NCBI GenBank assembly: GCA_012295275.1
Contig: CM022670.1
Coordinates: 29,822,001-29,886,000 of the forward strand
DNA: 64,000 nt
From: Chrysomallon squamiferum
Taxonomy: Eukaryota > Animalia > Mollusca
Direction: 5' to 3'
Shown: in pieces, positions 28,601-42,622 of the stretch
Position numbering within the stretch: the first letter of the stretch is position 1
Layout: each line of letters opens with the position of its first letter
The notes under the pieces: generated by a model
Told to the model about the DNA's origin: nothing
Seen by the model: only the letters and a program-made list of their open reading frames with translations
Database searches by the model: none
Made by a program: the position numbers and the translations under genes

Positions 28601-31600
28601 TGGGACTGGTCATCATGGTCGGACTCTACAAAGCATGGCAATAAATTCAGGTAAGATTACCTGCAAAATAGTTTTTCAGATACACATAGAAACTTCTGAA
28701 AATTATAATGTTTTTGGATATTGTTTCAGTTTATGATTCATACAGAAATTATAGATGTATATATTGTTATTGTTTTATTGATAATGTTGAATAAATGTGT
28801 CATAAATTGTTGTTATTTTTATCTTTGTTTGTTTTTAAAGGAAATCAGAGTTGGTTTGATTGGATGTTCCCAAAAGTCTTCCTGTGGTTTTTGAACGGGA
28901 TAATTGTTGCTGGTATTCTTGCTAAATTGCTGATTTTTGGAGAACCAGTTACTCGTAAGGATAGCAATGCTTCTGTTCTATTTTGGCGATACCGAAGACA
29001 AGCTGATGTTGAGTTCTCAAGAGTAGGTTTATTTTGTATAAAAGTCTTTATTTATTTAGTTAATTTCAAAATTGTTAACGATATATACATTCATAGTTCA
29101 ACTAATCAGTCAAATCATCAGTTGTTTATTACTAATTCATTTATCAGTGATGGCTTGCAGCTAAGTGATAGTTAAGTGCTTGTGACATGTATTCCCAAGC
29201 ACTGTAAATATGAAACACATTAAAATGTATGTAGATAATTTAAAAAATTCATTCAGCTGCATAAAAAAAAAAAAAATGTAATTTCAGTAATAACATGCCT
29301 TATTACTATTTTTTTCTATTACTCTACTTTTTTATACTTCAGCTTTAAAATACTTTTACTGTTTTGTTATTCAACAGACAGTACATAATCAATCATTCTT
29401 AATTATTTCACAAATTATTTATATTTCTTTTGTGTTTTCAGGGTGCTTATTCAAATGCAGCTAACTATCTGTGTCTCTGTCTGACTACTCTTGGAAGACC
29501 ATTACCGACTTCAAAAATTGACCTTATTTCAGCTATTCTGTGGCAACTCTTTAGACAGTTCCTGCATCGACTTTACCTTGGACGTTGGTTGTCAAACATG
29601 GCTGGCAGCTTTCTTAATGGAGATGTGAAAAAGAGTGATGTCAAAAATTCTGCAAGGGATGCCGCTCTAGTGTATCACAAACTTAACCAGCTTCATCTGA
29701 CAGGTAGTGTTTCTAATTCCATGTTTAGAGTACAGTTTTACTTTGAGAACCTCTAAAACATTAAAATCTTTATCAATAGAAAATGAAATCATAATTTATA
29801 GTAAGAAATGAATATTCAGTTCAGAAAAAGAAAAAATTCTTTATTTTTATTTATTTTAAATTATATTAAGACTGGTTTATATTTTAATTGTGACCTGGCA
29901 TGTTTCAGGCAAAGCTGGAGGTGGGGTGTTGAGAGGTTTGAACCTGGCATTGGGTGCAGTAAATATTGGTGAAGCAGCAGGAGATGCCATCTCAAAATCA
30001 ATTTTGGCTGAAATATATGCCACAGCTGCAGTTCAGATAAAAGCATCATTCCATGACAAATTACAGTTCTTTGCTGTGAGTCTGGAATAACTTTTTTTTA
30101 AAAATTGTTTAACTAACTGTTAATATTTGTGAAATGCAAATTTTGATAACACAATACAATTAAATTTACTGAAGATCAACATTAAACTTATTTTTATCAT
30201 TTTCAATTATTTATTATTGTTCAGAAACTTGTGCAGGGATTTTTTCAGAATGCTTACATTAGAAATTTTAATTTCAGAGGTACTTTCTGAGTCGTGCAAG
30301 AAGAGTTTGTGTAAAAATTCGTGAAGATGTGCCACCAAATATACAGTGGCTTTCACATCCAGAAGGTCATCGCTTCTTTGTTGATAGTGTCCTTGATGTG
30401 CATCAGAAAAAAGGCATTTTATCAAGTAGTGAATGTGAAGGTATGAAAGAAATTGTCCACCAATTTTTAAAAGTTACTCCTAAAAAGGTGCATCCATCAT
30501 CTTCATTCATTTGTTAAATATGTTAAGAAAGACCCCGAAGAGCAGTTATTATTAATAATCCCATCTTTGTCTTGTGCTTTGCATCTGAATATATTACTAT
30601 GTAAAAAAAATAAATTAAGTTAAAAGATTTATTTTTCAGTTGACCCACTTGCCAGTGTGACTCAGGCATTTCGTGAACATCTGTTGGAACAAGCTTTGTA
30701 CTGTTTAGTCTCTCCATATTATCCAGACAGGTACCAGGCATATATAATATATAAAGGGAAAAAAAGATACATATATATATTTATTTATTTTATTTTTTTA
30801 TTTCTTCACATTTTTAAAATATACTAAAATAAAATTTTCCCTGTTTTTTCATATTCTTCTATCTTGGAATTTTTAAAAGATCAAATAATAATCTTACATC
30901 TTTGTAATATATTAATCATATGTATTAATTTTTTTATTTATTATTATCTTTTATTCAGAGAACTTTAGTGTTACTATTTTGTATTTATTTTTTATTTTTT
31001 TGAATTGAGGAGCAAGAGTAGTTTTGCAGAGACTGTGTTGTACACCCAATTACTTAGTGATTGCTCTCGATACCAGAAGGGAGATGGGTTGTCTGAATTT
31101 GGAATAGCTGCAAATGCAGGTAAAGTTTTACAACTTGCATCTCGGTAATTGGCATGGTTTGTTTAGATCTGAAGTGTTGTGGGATAATCTTCCTTAGTCA
31201 GTACCAGACCAATTATGTGGACTCCTGAAGGCCTGAGGCATTCCAGATCTCTAAGCATCTAAATTTGTAAGTAATTAGGCATAAACATTTTAAAATTAAA
31301 AACATGAAGAAAATTGAAGATACACAACATGGTGACGTGACACGTAAACAGTGCAGCACGTAAATGAATGCCACACAGCTTGATAGAGTTGTTCCGGTCT
31401 GTGAGGACAACATCTGCACACACAAACTATGAAAATAGCCATGGAAAAAACTTCAAATGTTCTGGTCTTTCCGTATTTTATGATGCCAGATAATTGGTCC
31501 AGTGCCTGTACTAGAAATCTGATAAATCTGTATTCGCAAATAAAAGATCCTTTGTTTCTAATTGATAACTGCAGCAGGTTTTCTGTCTGGTACCATTTTA

Positions 31601-34356
31601 CACTCACATGCATACTATTATAATTTATGTAGGTAATACAAAATTGAGAAATTTGTGACATTCTGTCTCTTTTAGGAATTGATGAGGTCTCACGCTGGTG
31701 GGCAGCTGTTGTCAGTGTTGCATACTACTGGTTGCATGGTGATGATGAAAATGCTGCTCGTCAGTACGGTATCTTGGACACTTTTCCAAAGAAACTGCAA
31801 GTGTCAGAGTAAGTTTTGAAACTCTTAATAATTTTAAAATCAAAAAAGATTTGAAAATTTCTTGCTAAAATGGTTCACAATGTTAGACAGAATCAAAGTA
31901 AACTCTTATTTTAAAAAGGTCAACATTTTTTACAGTTTATAATTTGGTAAAAATAACAGAATTTCAAAGAGCTAAACCAATTTCAGTGATCCTCTCCCAA
32001 GAGCTGTGTTGTTTGCTTACAAAGCAAGGAAAAGTTGGATGATGTTGACTGACAACTTTAACAGTAAAATTTGCATTCGCCAATGTGACAGAGCAGGACG
32101 ATTGCTGAGAGAAACTTTGAAACTGACTTATGCTGAAGAAAACATCAACATTATAAAGGTGGGCATTTGTTAATCATTGTAGAATTACAGAATTTTAAAA
32201 TACATTTTCTTTTTCAGTCCCATTGTACTGAGTACTGTACATATTTTATTTTGAAATGCAAGATACCAAGACATGTCTCTCAAGATCAAATAGTGTCAGG
32301 AATAGTAATGAATTTGGTTTAACTGGGTATTCAGTTTGAGGTTTTACATTTCAGTAATTGATAAATCATGGTATTATGTAAATTATTCAGTTTTGAGGGA
32401 TTTGCAATTCAGAGAGATTCACTGAATGTATAAAATATGTGTAAAGAGAGAGAGAGATTAATATAATTTTTGAATAAAGTTCTTGTTAAATCTGTGAAAA
32501 CAATCATTTAATGTTAATTTGTTGTGAATTGTCTGACAAGATTTTTAAATGAACAAAACATGTTGCTATAAAGCAAGCCTAGTGTTTTATATACAATACT
32601 TTTTTATTTTGTTGATATGATGGTTAGACATCTAGCTTTTTTTGTTTCAATCTTGTGGAAGACTTATAGAGAGCATGTTAACATTGTTTTTCTATATGTG
32701 AATTGAAATGCTCAATTCATTGACACTGTGCCAGGGAAAACTTTGCTATGCCCATGGTGCATTGTTGTTGCATTGCCTTGAATGATGATATGCAATGCAT
32801 CTGCAGTGCAAGCATGATTGTAGTATCATCATCTACAAAAGAAGAGGACCTTTCTTTCTGTGGGTTATTTATATGTAACCTACTTCTTGTGATTAAAGCC
32901 TCAAGTTAAAACTACTTTCTTTTTCATTTCCATTTCTTTTCTTATTTATATGATTTATTAATATATAATGTTTAAATTAACATTTCTAATCTATTTTAAA
33001 AAGTTTTCTTTCAACACTGGAACAACTGCTACTGTCTTCTTTTTCTTTCGTTTCAAAAAATAGAATAGCAATATTAAGCATTAAAATATATTATCAATTC
33101 TGTTTATTCTTTTTAAAGGCAATTCAGTTATTACTTTGTGACTGGTTACTGACCACACGAACAAATGTGTGGGAACAGACCAATAGCTGGCAGGAGCATG
33201 GTCGCCCTGCATCACAGACAGAAATGATTGCTTTCCAACAAGATGTTGCCAGTCTCCGAAAACTTTCACAAACAATGAAGACTGCTTTGCCAAAGGTAAA
33301 TTATTCATTAAAATTTCGAGAAGGAAAAATAATAGTCACAATTTCCATATGACATGGCTGTTTTTAAAGGATCTTGTCAAAACACTTCAGATTATCTTTA
33401 CCATTAAATGTTTACACCTTTTAGAGATCTAGAATGTAAAGTAGGCTGTGAAACAAAATCTCATCTGCTTTTAAACTTGGGCACTTTTTGTAGATAAATT
33501 TATGAAGCAGATTAAATGTAACTGATAATATTTATTTCAGGTTTTCTTACATGAAGCAACAGCAAGGATCATCGCTGGAGCGAACCCAGCTCGAACACAG
33601 CACCTTCTGAATCGCAGCATAAGACATTACATGTGTAGAAATTCAGAATCTGGTACATATCTTTTATATTTCATCCAATTCAGCACATATATGTTAAAAA
33701 ACCAAGAAATATGCTGATCAAATCTGAAGTTAATATCAGTTTTTGTGTAAATTTATTTATTGAAAGCTTTAAAAAAAATTAATTATCTAAATAAACAAAA
33801 CAATTTATGTTCAGTTTTAAAGATTCATCACTGAATCATCTTAAAATAATATTAATAATGTCATATTAAAAATAAGGTCATTTTTGTTCATAGGCTTTTG
33901 AAATTGCTTCATCCAATTTTCTGTAAGGTATTAAAATTTACCTTTATATGAAATACATTTAATTTTCAGTTAAATCCTTTATCAAGTTTTTGGTTTAATG
34001 TTTATATAATGTAAACTTCAGTTTCTTTTATGTCAAATGTATTTATTTTGAAGTTTTCACCCTAATATAAACATGAGTCTGCTACTGATATTAATACACT
34101 TAATAATACTTTCACAGATCAATTTGACTATCACGATCATGATGAACTGCCCTTCAGGGAACATGCAACAGCATTGCTACTGGCTGGAAGACATCTTCCT
34201 GAACCACTGGTGGCTAGTATTAGTGATCGAGTCAGTTTGATTACCGAAGCCAGCACTATGTATGAAGCACTTGGAGATAGAAAATCTGTTCAGTTGTGTA
34301 GACAGACATTGATAAAAATAGAACAAAAATCAAATGAAATATTTGTCAAGTGCTGA
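25688..34356 (+). CDS. SREBF: Sterol regulatory element-binding protein, about 1110 aa
   Basis: 17 exons: 25688-25796, 26348-26943, 27189-27536, 27759-27873, 28055-28207, 28447-28650, 28841-29022, 29442-29703, 29909-30075, 30278-30440, 30640-30730, about 31010-31119, 31676-31808, 31987-32158, 33119-33295, 33541-33652, 34118-34356 (3333 nt). bHLH with diagnostic Tyr ([16 protein letters not shown]), MTPPDS degron, DRSR then TM1 with NP, luminal RTLQ, TM2, C-terminal regulatory domain ([16 protein letters not shown]). Confidence 0.96.
32753..32816 (+). ncRNA. mir-33: miR-33 precursor in SREBP intron 14
   Basis: 5p arm GTGCATTGTTGTTGCATTGC from 32757 (miR-33a is GUGCAUUGUAGUUGCAUUGCA) pairs with 3p arm GCAATGCATCTGCAGTGCA; closed by CATG/CATG; same strand as the host gene. 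Confidence 0.95.
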
Positions 34357-36619
34357 TCATGACTTGTGTTTGGGGAAGAATTTTTGTTTGACAGGAAAAG
34401 TCATTTAATTTATAATATTATATAGCATTTTATTCAGGTTCATGTTTTATATATTTTAAAACAAAATAATAATAAAAAAATTAATATGTTGTAAATGTAA
34501 CATAATGTTTGCGATTTTTGTAACAGTTATAATAAAATGATGGCGTGCTTTTCTAGACAACAAAATCGTGAATAAACAATTAGCTTTGCTTCTTGTTGAA
34601 GTTTTGAATATTTTACCAGATCTGGTAATGGCAAAACTTAAGTACCTGATTGTTTTTTTTTGGTTTTTTTTATTATTATTATTATTATTTTTTTTTTGGT
34701 TGGTGGTTGGTTTATTTATTTATTTATTTTTTACCAATTTGTCTTGTACCTGAAAACATTAGAAATGTCAGCTTGGAAACACTTCATGTACACAGTTTAA
34801 CTAATATTTTAGAAAATCATAATTTCATTAATTTTTTATCTCATGTCCAGAAGTGCTACATTTTGGTAATTTATTTATTGCTTTTCTTTTTTTTATGTTT
34901 GCTATTTAATAAATAAGTAAGGATTTAGTAAACATTTTCATTGTCAGTTTATATCAAAGCTTTGAACACATGATCCACATTACTTTAATAATTTCTTTGA
35001 GAAAGGTAAGTCTGTCCAAATTGTAATTGGAAAATATCCATAGTAAAAGATTTGAACACTGAAGTAGATATTAATTAGCACATTAGTAAAGTAAGTTTCA
35101 TTCAACCACTTGACCAGTTAGACTGAGAAACAGTTTTGATGTATTTTTTTAATAATAAATAAGTATGTATTTTATTTTATTTTATTATTATTATTATTTT
35201 TTTTTTGTCTGTGGGTTTGTAAGGAAATTGTTATTAAAAATTAATCTCTAGGCATAGAGAGAATTATAAATACTTTTAATTGATATGATTGTTAATGAGC
35301 CACTGCAATAATAAATATAATTAACTGATTGCAGTGTGTGTGTGTATATATATTATATGTACATATATGTATATGTGTGTGTATGTATGTATATATATAT
35401 TTGAGGGACTGAACTGAAATCACAATTTAAAGATGCATAAACATGCTTAATGTGTATGAGGTTTAGTTCTCCTTGTTTACACATAAAGTACTTGGGAAAT
35501 TCCTCTAAGATGTGTGGGACATTAAAATATGGTAAACACTGTCACTGGTGCTTTCTTAAGGAACCCAGGACAGTAATGGTCTGGCGGTATTGGTCAGGGA
35601 TGTGAGATGTTATCTGTGTGACTGCGGTGAAAGAGAGTTCAAGAGAGAATATCTGGTAAGAGAGGAAGATGTTTGGGCCAATTCTCTGCAACATAACTAT
35701 GATATTATTGTCTATAATTTTATACTATAATTCTATATTGTGTTGTAGAAAGAGGCAGAGGAATTAAAGATGTAATGGAAATCGAACTTGTCTAGTTTTT
35801 GTGTGAGGATGATTTATGCACCTGGCCATATATATATATACACATTAAAAAGAAATAGATGAAGAGAATGTAAAACACATACATAATTCTGTCAATATAT
35901 AATTTTTCCAAATGTTATACCTACCTTTTTATTTTTATTTTTATTCATTCATTCATTTATTTAATGATTTATTGTTAAACGTGAAATGGAGGGGAGGTAT
36001 CGATTTTGGTTGATTATGAACAAACGAATCGAGATTCTCTTGATGGCAGTTGGATCTCCAGTTCGATGGTGGAAATTGAAACGAACTAAATAAACAGGAT
36101 CGCAACTGACACTCGGCACCCAATTATGATACTACTTACGTGAAATAATTTTTGTACGAAAACATAGTAAGTTACAAGATCGACATTACCGTCACATAAA
36201 AACTGGTAGATTATCATAAACGTAGACTCGCATTTCCCGTAATAGAGAAAATTGAAACATTTTTCGGATCTCTTTAAATTAATAAAAATTGATTATAAAT
36301 CATTTTACAGTTATAATAAAACGATAATACTGTGAGTTTGTTTTCCACAAAATACTTGGAAAAACCCCAGCGCGCAAAATTATTGGTGATGTGTAATAGG
36401 AAAAAAATTAACGTGCTAATCAGAGCAAGCTGTTGTGAAGCACGTCTGCGACGGGCACGCTTTCTGACAGGTCAGCGGGCGTGTCCGTCGCAGAATATGT
36501 GTAATCAGCAACATCAACATCAATAAATATAGTAAGTATTTTTATGAAACAACCCCCCTCAAAAAAAAAAACCACCAAAAAACCCCACCGTAACACCAAC
36601 TTCCCTCCCCAAAAACTGT

Positions 36620-36663
<44 letters not shown>

Positions 36664-37066
36664 ATTTAAAAAAATTAAATAAATCAAAAACCATGTACAT
36701 ATGTCAAAATTATATGATATAACTTAGAATAAACCATGAAATTGAGATTTGGTTATATTTGTATGGAAGAAGGAGGATAATTACCCTCAAAACTTTATTA
36801 TCATTAAATCCAGCTGAATATTTTTTGTTTTACATTTGAAGAATCCTGATAAAATGGTTTAATACAACTAAAAAATAAACCAAGAAATTAAAATTTGGCA
36901 ATGTGTGTACTGAAAAACTAGCATAACGATGCCAGAACTATATTATAATTTCTGGGATAAGCATATTCAACTGAATAATAATTATTATTAACTTATTTTT
37001 GTTAACTTTTCAGGAAGTATATAAAGGTATCTGATATGATTATCAATCAGTACTTCAAGCTATATC

Positions 37067-40000
37067 ATGTCCTCCAATATATTACATCTACCAAAAGAAC
37101 TCCAGTACTTTATCCTTGCCAAGATTGATGGTATTTCATTATGCATGGTGCAGAGAACTTGTAGTCAGTGGCAAGAGATTATCTCTGACTTAGAGTGTAA
37201 CTTCAATGTGTGGTTACGTTGTTGCATAAGAGAGATTCCCAGTGAAATCATTGTCAAGATTGCTGGTACGACAGAACTCTACAAAACAAATGAATGCAGC
37301 TACACACCACATAATGGTTATAGAAAGATACACTGGATGTTTTGGAAGCAGATTTATATAAAGTATATAACTTTTGGAAAAGTAGGCAAATGGCAGTATC
37401 AAAAAGTGGACATTCAACCTGGTTCTAACTCAAGTTATGGTGTTGCTACAGCTTTGGAACTGAAAGGTATGTTGGATTGTGTTTTATGTGATAACTGTTA
37501 TGTTAAAATGTAAAGTAGACAGTATGAGTATAATTTTATAAAAATTATTTGGTAATAAAGCTAATAATTGTGTTATGTTCTGTTGACCTGAACATTAAAT
37601 TTTATGTTTTAAAATGTTTGTTACAAAAACAGTCCCTAGTGGAGAAAGGAAAGAAAATAAAAACTAAATGTTAGGAAGTTAACATTTTTAGATGGTACCA
37701 ACATAGATAATATAAACTGTAAATTAAAGAAGATACAAAAGTGACTTACTTAAAAAGTCATTCCTTTGTTTGTTAAATATCTCAGAAGATTTTCTTCTTT
37801 ATTTTAAATGAAAGAAGGCAAAGAGACAAAAGTATGAGGAGATACATTCCTATATAAATTCATAGATGTGTTTTCTTTTTCTTGGTTTGCAATTAATTTC
37901 TTTTATTTATAAACAGACAACTTTATAGTATCTGGACACAAAGATGGCAGTGTTGTTGTGTGGGAAGATCTGAATGAGTATGGACATAATGAAGAAACTG
38001 GTGATCATATTATATCCCATCATTTTAGAGATGTCTCTGATGTCAAAGTCATTACAGAAGGTTATTTATTTATTTTCCTTGTCTTTAAAATGAATTAAAA
38101 CAATTTAAATGACCATATATGGAGGTTAACATTTTCTCTTTTATCATGTTTTAATTTATTTTGGGATTATGTAAACAAATTTCAGATTGTTCAATTTAAC
38201 ATTGAAAATAATGAACTCCCTGTGATACACTGAGCAAATAAAATATTTGTTAATATGAAATAATACCACAATAAAAGGGTAAATCAGTTTTTAATATCAA
38301 TGTCATACTTCATTATTAACAAACATTGATTTTTTAAAAATGAAATAATAAAATATATTTTGATAATGTACAGAAAGTATGTAAAGCATTTGTTCATATA
38401 GCCAATAAATATACTGTAATGTGTTAAATAATGAAATGATAAAAACTGATAATATCAAATTCCATATAACTTAGTAGCATTATTATTCTAGTGTTTTACA
38501 TTAATATGTGCAAAGGCTGATCATAAGAAACTAACAAAATAACAACAAACTGTCACATAAAATAGAAAAGCACAGCACAGCAAGACACAACAAAACCCCC
38601 AGAGCATAACATATCTTAACATAATTTAATGTTTCTAGAATGTATTAGTTTGTGCTCAGCTTCACCAATAAAACACTTAACTTTAAAATAAATAATTATT
38701 ATATAATATTTTTTTGAGAAACATTAAAAATAATGTTTCATTTTGTGTGTCTATGTGTGTGTGAGTGAGTGAGTGAGTGAGAGTGATTGAGTGTGTGTGT
38801 GTGTGTGATTGTTGTTTTACAATTTTAATTTAAAAAACCACTGAGAATCGTTTTCAAAATTTAACTGGTTCATTGTTTCTAGGCTATGGAATGGACAGAG
38901 TTAAAGTTATTGTGTCTTCATCGCTATCATCCAGAGTTCACATCACAGATCTAATGGGTGATAAAGAGAGGAATAATGAAAAGGAGATCAGACAGTATTT
39001 TCCTAAACAAGTGAATGCGGTCAGGTGAGACTCATACCTGTTATTCTCAAAGTAGTTATTTTTATAGTTTCAATTTTGGTGGAATCTTTGTATTTTTGGC
39101 CATGTTTTTCACTTTTTTAAAGTGTGTGTGTGTGTGTATATGTATATGTATCATTGTATGTATATGTGTTTGTATTCTGTGTTTCTGTCTATCAGTTTTC
39201 CACTCTCTGTCTGTATCTATGTTTGTAGCTTGAATTGTAATTATTTAAACTTAAGCTTGAATTTTATGTTATTTTATTTTATTAATTTTATTTCATTGTT
39301 GTTTTCTGTAATTTACATATTTAATTTTTAAAATTATTATTATTATTTATTTATTTTATTATTATTATTTTCATTAATGGTCTAGTGTATGGGGCCAGCA
39401 TTTTGTTGTTGCTGCAAACTCGTCTATGGTCAGTGGTCAGAATGTTGAAATTGTCTCTTCACCAATGAACACAGAGGTTGTGTGGGAGTTGTATGGACAT
39501 GAAACATCTGACCAGTCAGCTGTGGCCATGTGGGCCGATGAGGTAGTAACATTTGTATTTAAAATAATTTTATTTATGTTTAAAACAATTTAAATGTTCT
39601 TGTTTATTCAAATTATCTGCTTGCTTCTTTTATATGTTAAATATATGATCCAAAATTTTCTTATAAAAAAATATATTATTTAAAAAATAAAGTGTTCCTT
39701 GATTAATTTTGTTTAAATTTCAAAGGTAATTTTATTTTATTTTATTTATTTATTTATTTTTTATATAAAGCTATTTTTAATGTACTTCATCCACGAATCT
39801 ACTTTAATCAAAATATTAAATCAAAAATGGAAAATGCGATTTTGAAATGGGCATATGACAATATAAATCAATTAAACACTAAATATAAAAAGATAATAAA
39901 AATTTAGTACATGTGAACTGGACACTAAAAAAACTGTAACTATTTTCATGCACAATTGCAGAACACTATTTGGAATGTGAAATAGGCTAAAAGTTTGATA

Positions 40001-41882
40001 CCTTTTTATATGTCAGTGTCTTGACCACAGAGCTACAGACTGTTCACTTTTACTCATTTTCAGGTTGTGAGTGGGGATTTCTCTGGGAATCTCTTGTCAT
40101 GGAAGTTAACACCAAACATTTTATCCAATTCTGATCCAGTATTGTTAGCTCAGTTTGGTGTCACTGTTAAATCCATTTGCCTTCAAGGAAAGAATATGAT
40201 TGTTCTTCTAGGTGGGTTGTTTATTATTTGATATCTCTTTTCATTTGAAGCATTTAAAACATTTAATTGTTTATTCAATTTAAAGTTATATAATATCTAT
40301 AGATGTTAGTACATATCTTTATATTAAAATTATTTTGTGTAGATTGTGTATCCCTTATCTGATGTTTTGAAATCCAAAACCTTTTCTGAGCAACAGAAAT
40401 AGTGATATCTTAAAGTTTTCAGATTGTTTTGCCTACACAAACTTTATTCTATGCAGAAAATTATTAAAAATATTTATCTAAAAAAATCCTGCAGACTATT
40501 TGTGTAAGCTGTTTGTGAAATAGAGAATCCAGAAAATTCCAGAATTCAGAACCCTTCCTGTCCCAAACATTTTTGATACAGGATTCTGAACTTGCGTGGT
40601 GATGACACATAAAAAAAAAAAAATACCTTTTTTAACCTTACCTGGGATATTTTTATTGAAACTGCACTGAATCTTTTTAAACAAATTTTGATAGATTGGG
40701 AAGCATTCTTTGCATCTTTATAAAAATGTATGTGCATTACCTGGAATAGGGAATAGCTGTATAGTATATTAGAGAAAAGTTGTCCAAAGACCAAACATTA
40801 AGCATTAGCCAGGTAAGAGACCTGAAAGAGTTGTATGTACACATTTCAAGACAATAAAAATTCTGGGTCATCTGGCTAGAAGGGTAAACACCCCAAAGGA
40901 TACATTAAGGAAAAAGGTCACTTGAAATGAATTTTGTTTTATAATTAATTATCTTTTGATTTATGTATGAAATTAAATGCAGTTTTCTTGATAATATTTC
41001 ATTTCTTCTCTATATAAAGATTGAATGTTAAAATTTTTAGGTGATGGCAGTATCTGTTTTTGTGGAAAAGATAGAGTTTTCCAGAGAGTTTTGAGACAGG
41101 CTTTGTTTGAAGTTCTTGGTGGAACACCAGATTGTATTGCTTTCTTTGGTCCTGTTCTTGCTGTCTGTGTAACCTTTGGTAAGTATTCACATCAAAAGAA
41201 AAAAAAACTGTCCAGTTAAATCTGACTATTAAATGATTTAGATTCTTAAAATACAGTTTTAATATTAGAACGTTGCTTAAAGAAACAATGTAAATTAATT
41301 AATGAAGAAAAAAATAATTTTATTAATTGAAGATTGAACATTATTCAGTCAAATATTTAAGCTTTCCAACACCATGTACAGGTGTTACTTCAATTTATAT
41401 CAACAAACCTTAGAATAAATTAATGAAAATACAATGCAAGAATGTTATTTTAATTTGTTAATATCTTTTATAATGGCATATTACATAACATGAAAAAAAT
41501 ATAAGAAAGTAAATAAATATTCAACCAATGTATAGTTTCAGCTCGAAAACCTTTTTTCCCTCCACTTAAAACTGTTTTATTCTTATATTTAACTGTATAC
41601 TTTTAAAAATATTTATTTATTTATTATTTTTATTTTATTTATTTTTTTTTTTTTGTGTGTGTGTGTGTATGTATGTGTGTTTGAACAGGAGCATTTTACC
41701 TGTATCACGTACCAGATCAGAACTGTTGGGACAGTCTCAATTTGCTGGAGCCACTAACCCGAGTTTGTACAGAAAAACCACTGATCACTGCCTTAAGTCT
41801 TGGCCATGATGGAAATGGACCTCTTGTTGCTGTGGCAACTGATGATGGGGCTATATCTCTATATAAATGGCACCCACCTTGA
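37067..41882 (+). CDS. F-box / divergent WD40-repeat protein, about 440 aa
   Basis: Exons 37067-37466, 37917-38060, 38883-39024, 39386-39542, 40064-40211, 41041-41178, 41689-41882 total 1323 nt. F-box ILHLPKELQYFILAKID..CSQWQEII; WD-like IVSGHKDGSVVVWE, VVSGDFSGNLLSWK, VAVATDDGAISLYKW. Probable non-coding first exon ending at 36531, acceptor at 37013. Confidence 0.85.
40340..40594. mobile_element. Decayed pogo/Tigger-type MITE (Tigger4/MER46-like)
   Basis: Imperfect terminal inverted repeats tagattgtgtatcccttatctga and ttgatacaggattctgaacttg; internal cacaaactttattctatgcagaaaattattaaaaatatt recalls Tigger4 (recalled, not searched). Confidence 0.6.
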
Positions 41883-42586
41883 GTTCTTGAAATTTTGTAT
41901 AGTTGTAATGGTATCTGAATCTGATCTTATAGTGCCATATTCTTATGATACAGGTATCTCTTGTACTTATTGAACTTTTTTTATTATTTTGATATAATCA
42001 TTATGTTTTGTTTCTTGGTCATTCTGTTCCAGAGATTTCAGAGTTCAGAACTTTGACCAGTTAGAAATAAGCTGAATTTTTGTTTTGTTTGTTACGGTTT
42101 TCACAAACATAATCAGTATAGTGTTACTTTGTTTAATAAATGAGCATATTATACTCAGCAGTGATTATTCTCATTTCAACCATGTTTATGCACCGATATA
42201 TACATGCATAAATATAAAGTAATGAAAAAAAACCTAAAATTCATTACTGGTACAGCTGGGTAGTAAAATCATTTAAATCTTATATTAATTTCTAGTTTCT
42301 TTATTTTCTAAAATTACAATCTAATTTTAGACATATTTTATTAATTTGTAATAGTTAGTCATACATTTTTTTGTACAAAATGTTTATCCTACCTTTTAAT
42401 TTTTAAAGTTTTTTTTAGTGTTTTTTTAGTGTTTTTTTAGTATTTGATTTTTGTTATTGTTTCTCAAAATATTTTGTGCTTTTTAAAAAGTTTTTATAAT
42501 AATAAATAATTTTATATTAATATATTAATTTTGGTATTTCTTATTACTATTTTAAAGAACTGATAATATAAATATATATATATATA

Positions 42587-42622
<36 letters not shown>

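Noticed and set aside
35420-35830. Higher-complexity block downstream of SREBP
   Set aside because: No ORF, splice pattern or recognisable RNA motif; probably a decayed repeat or 3'UTR.
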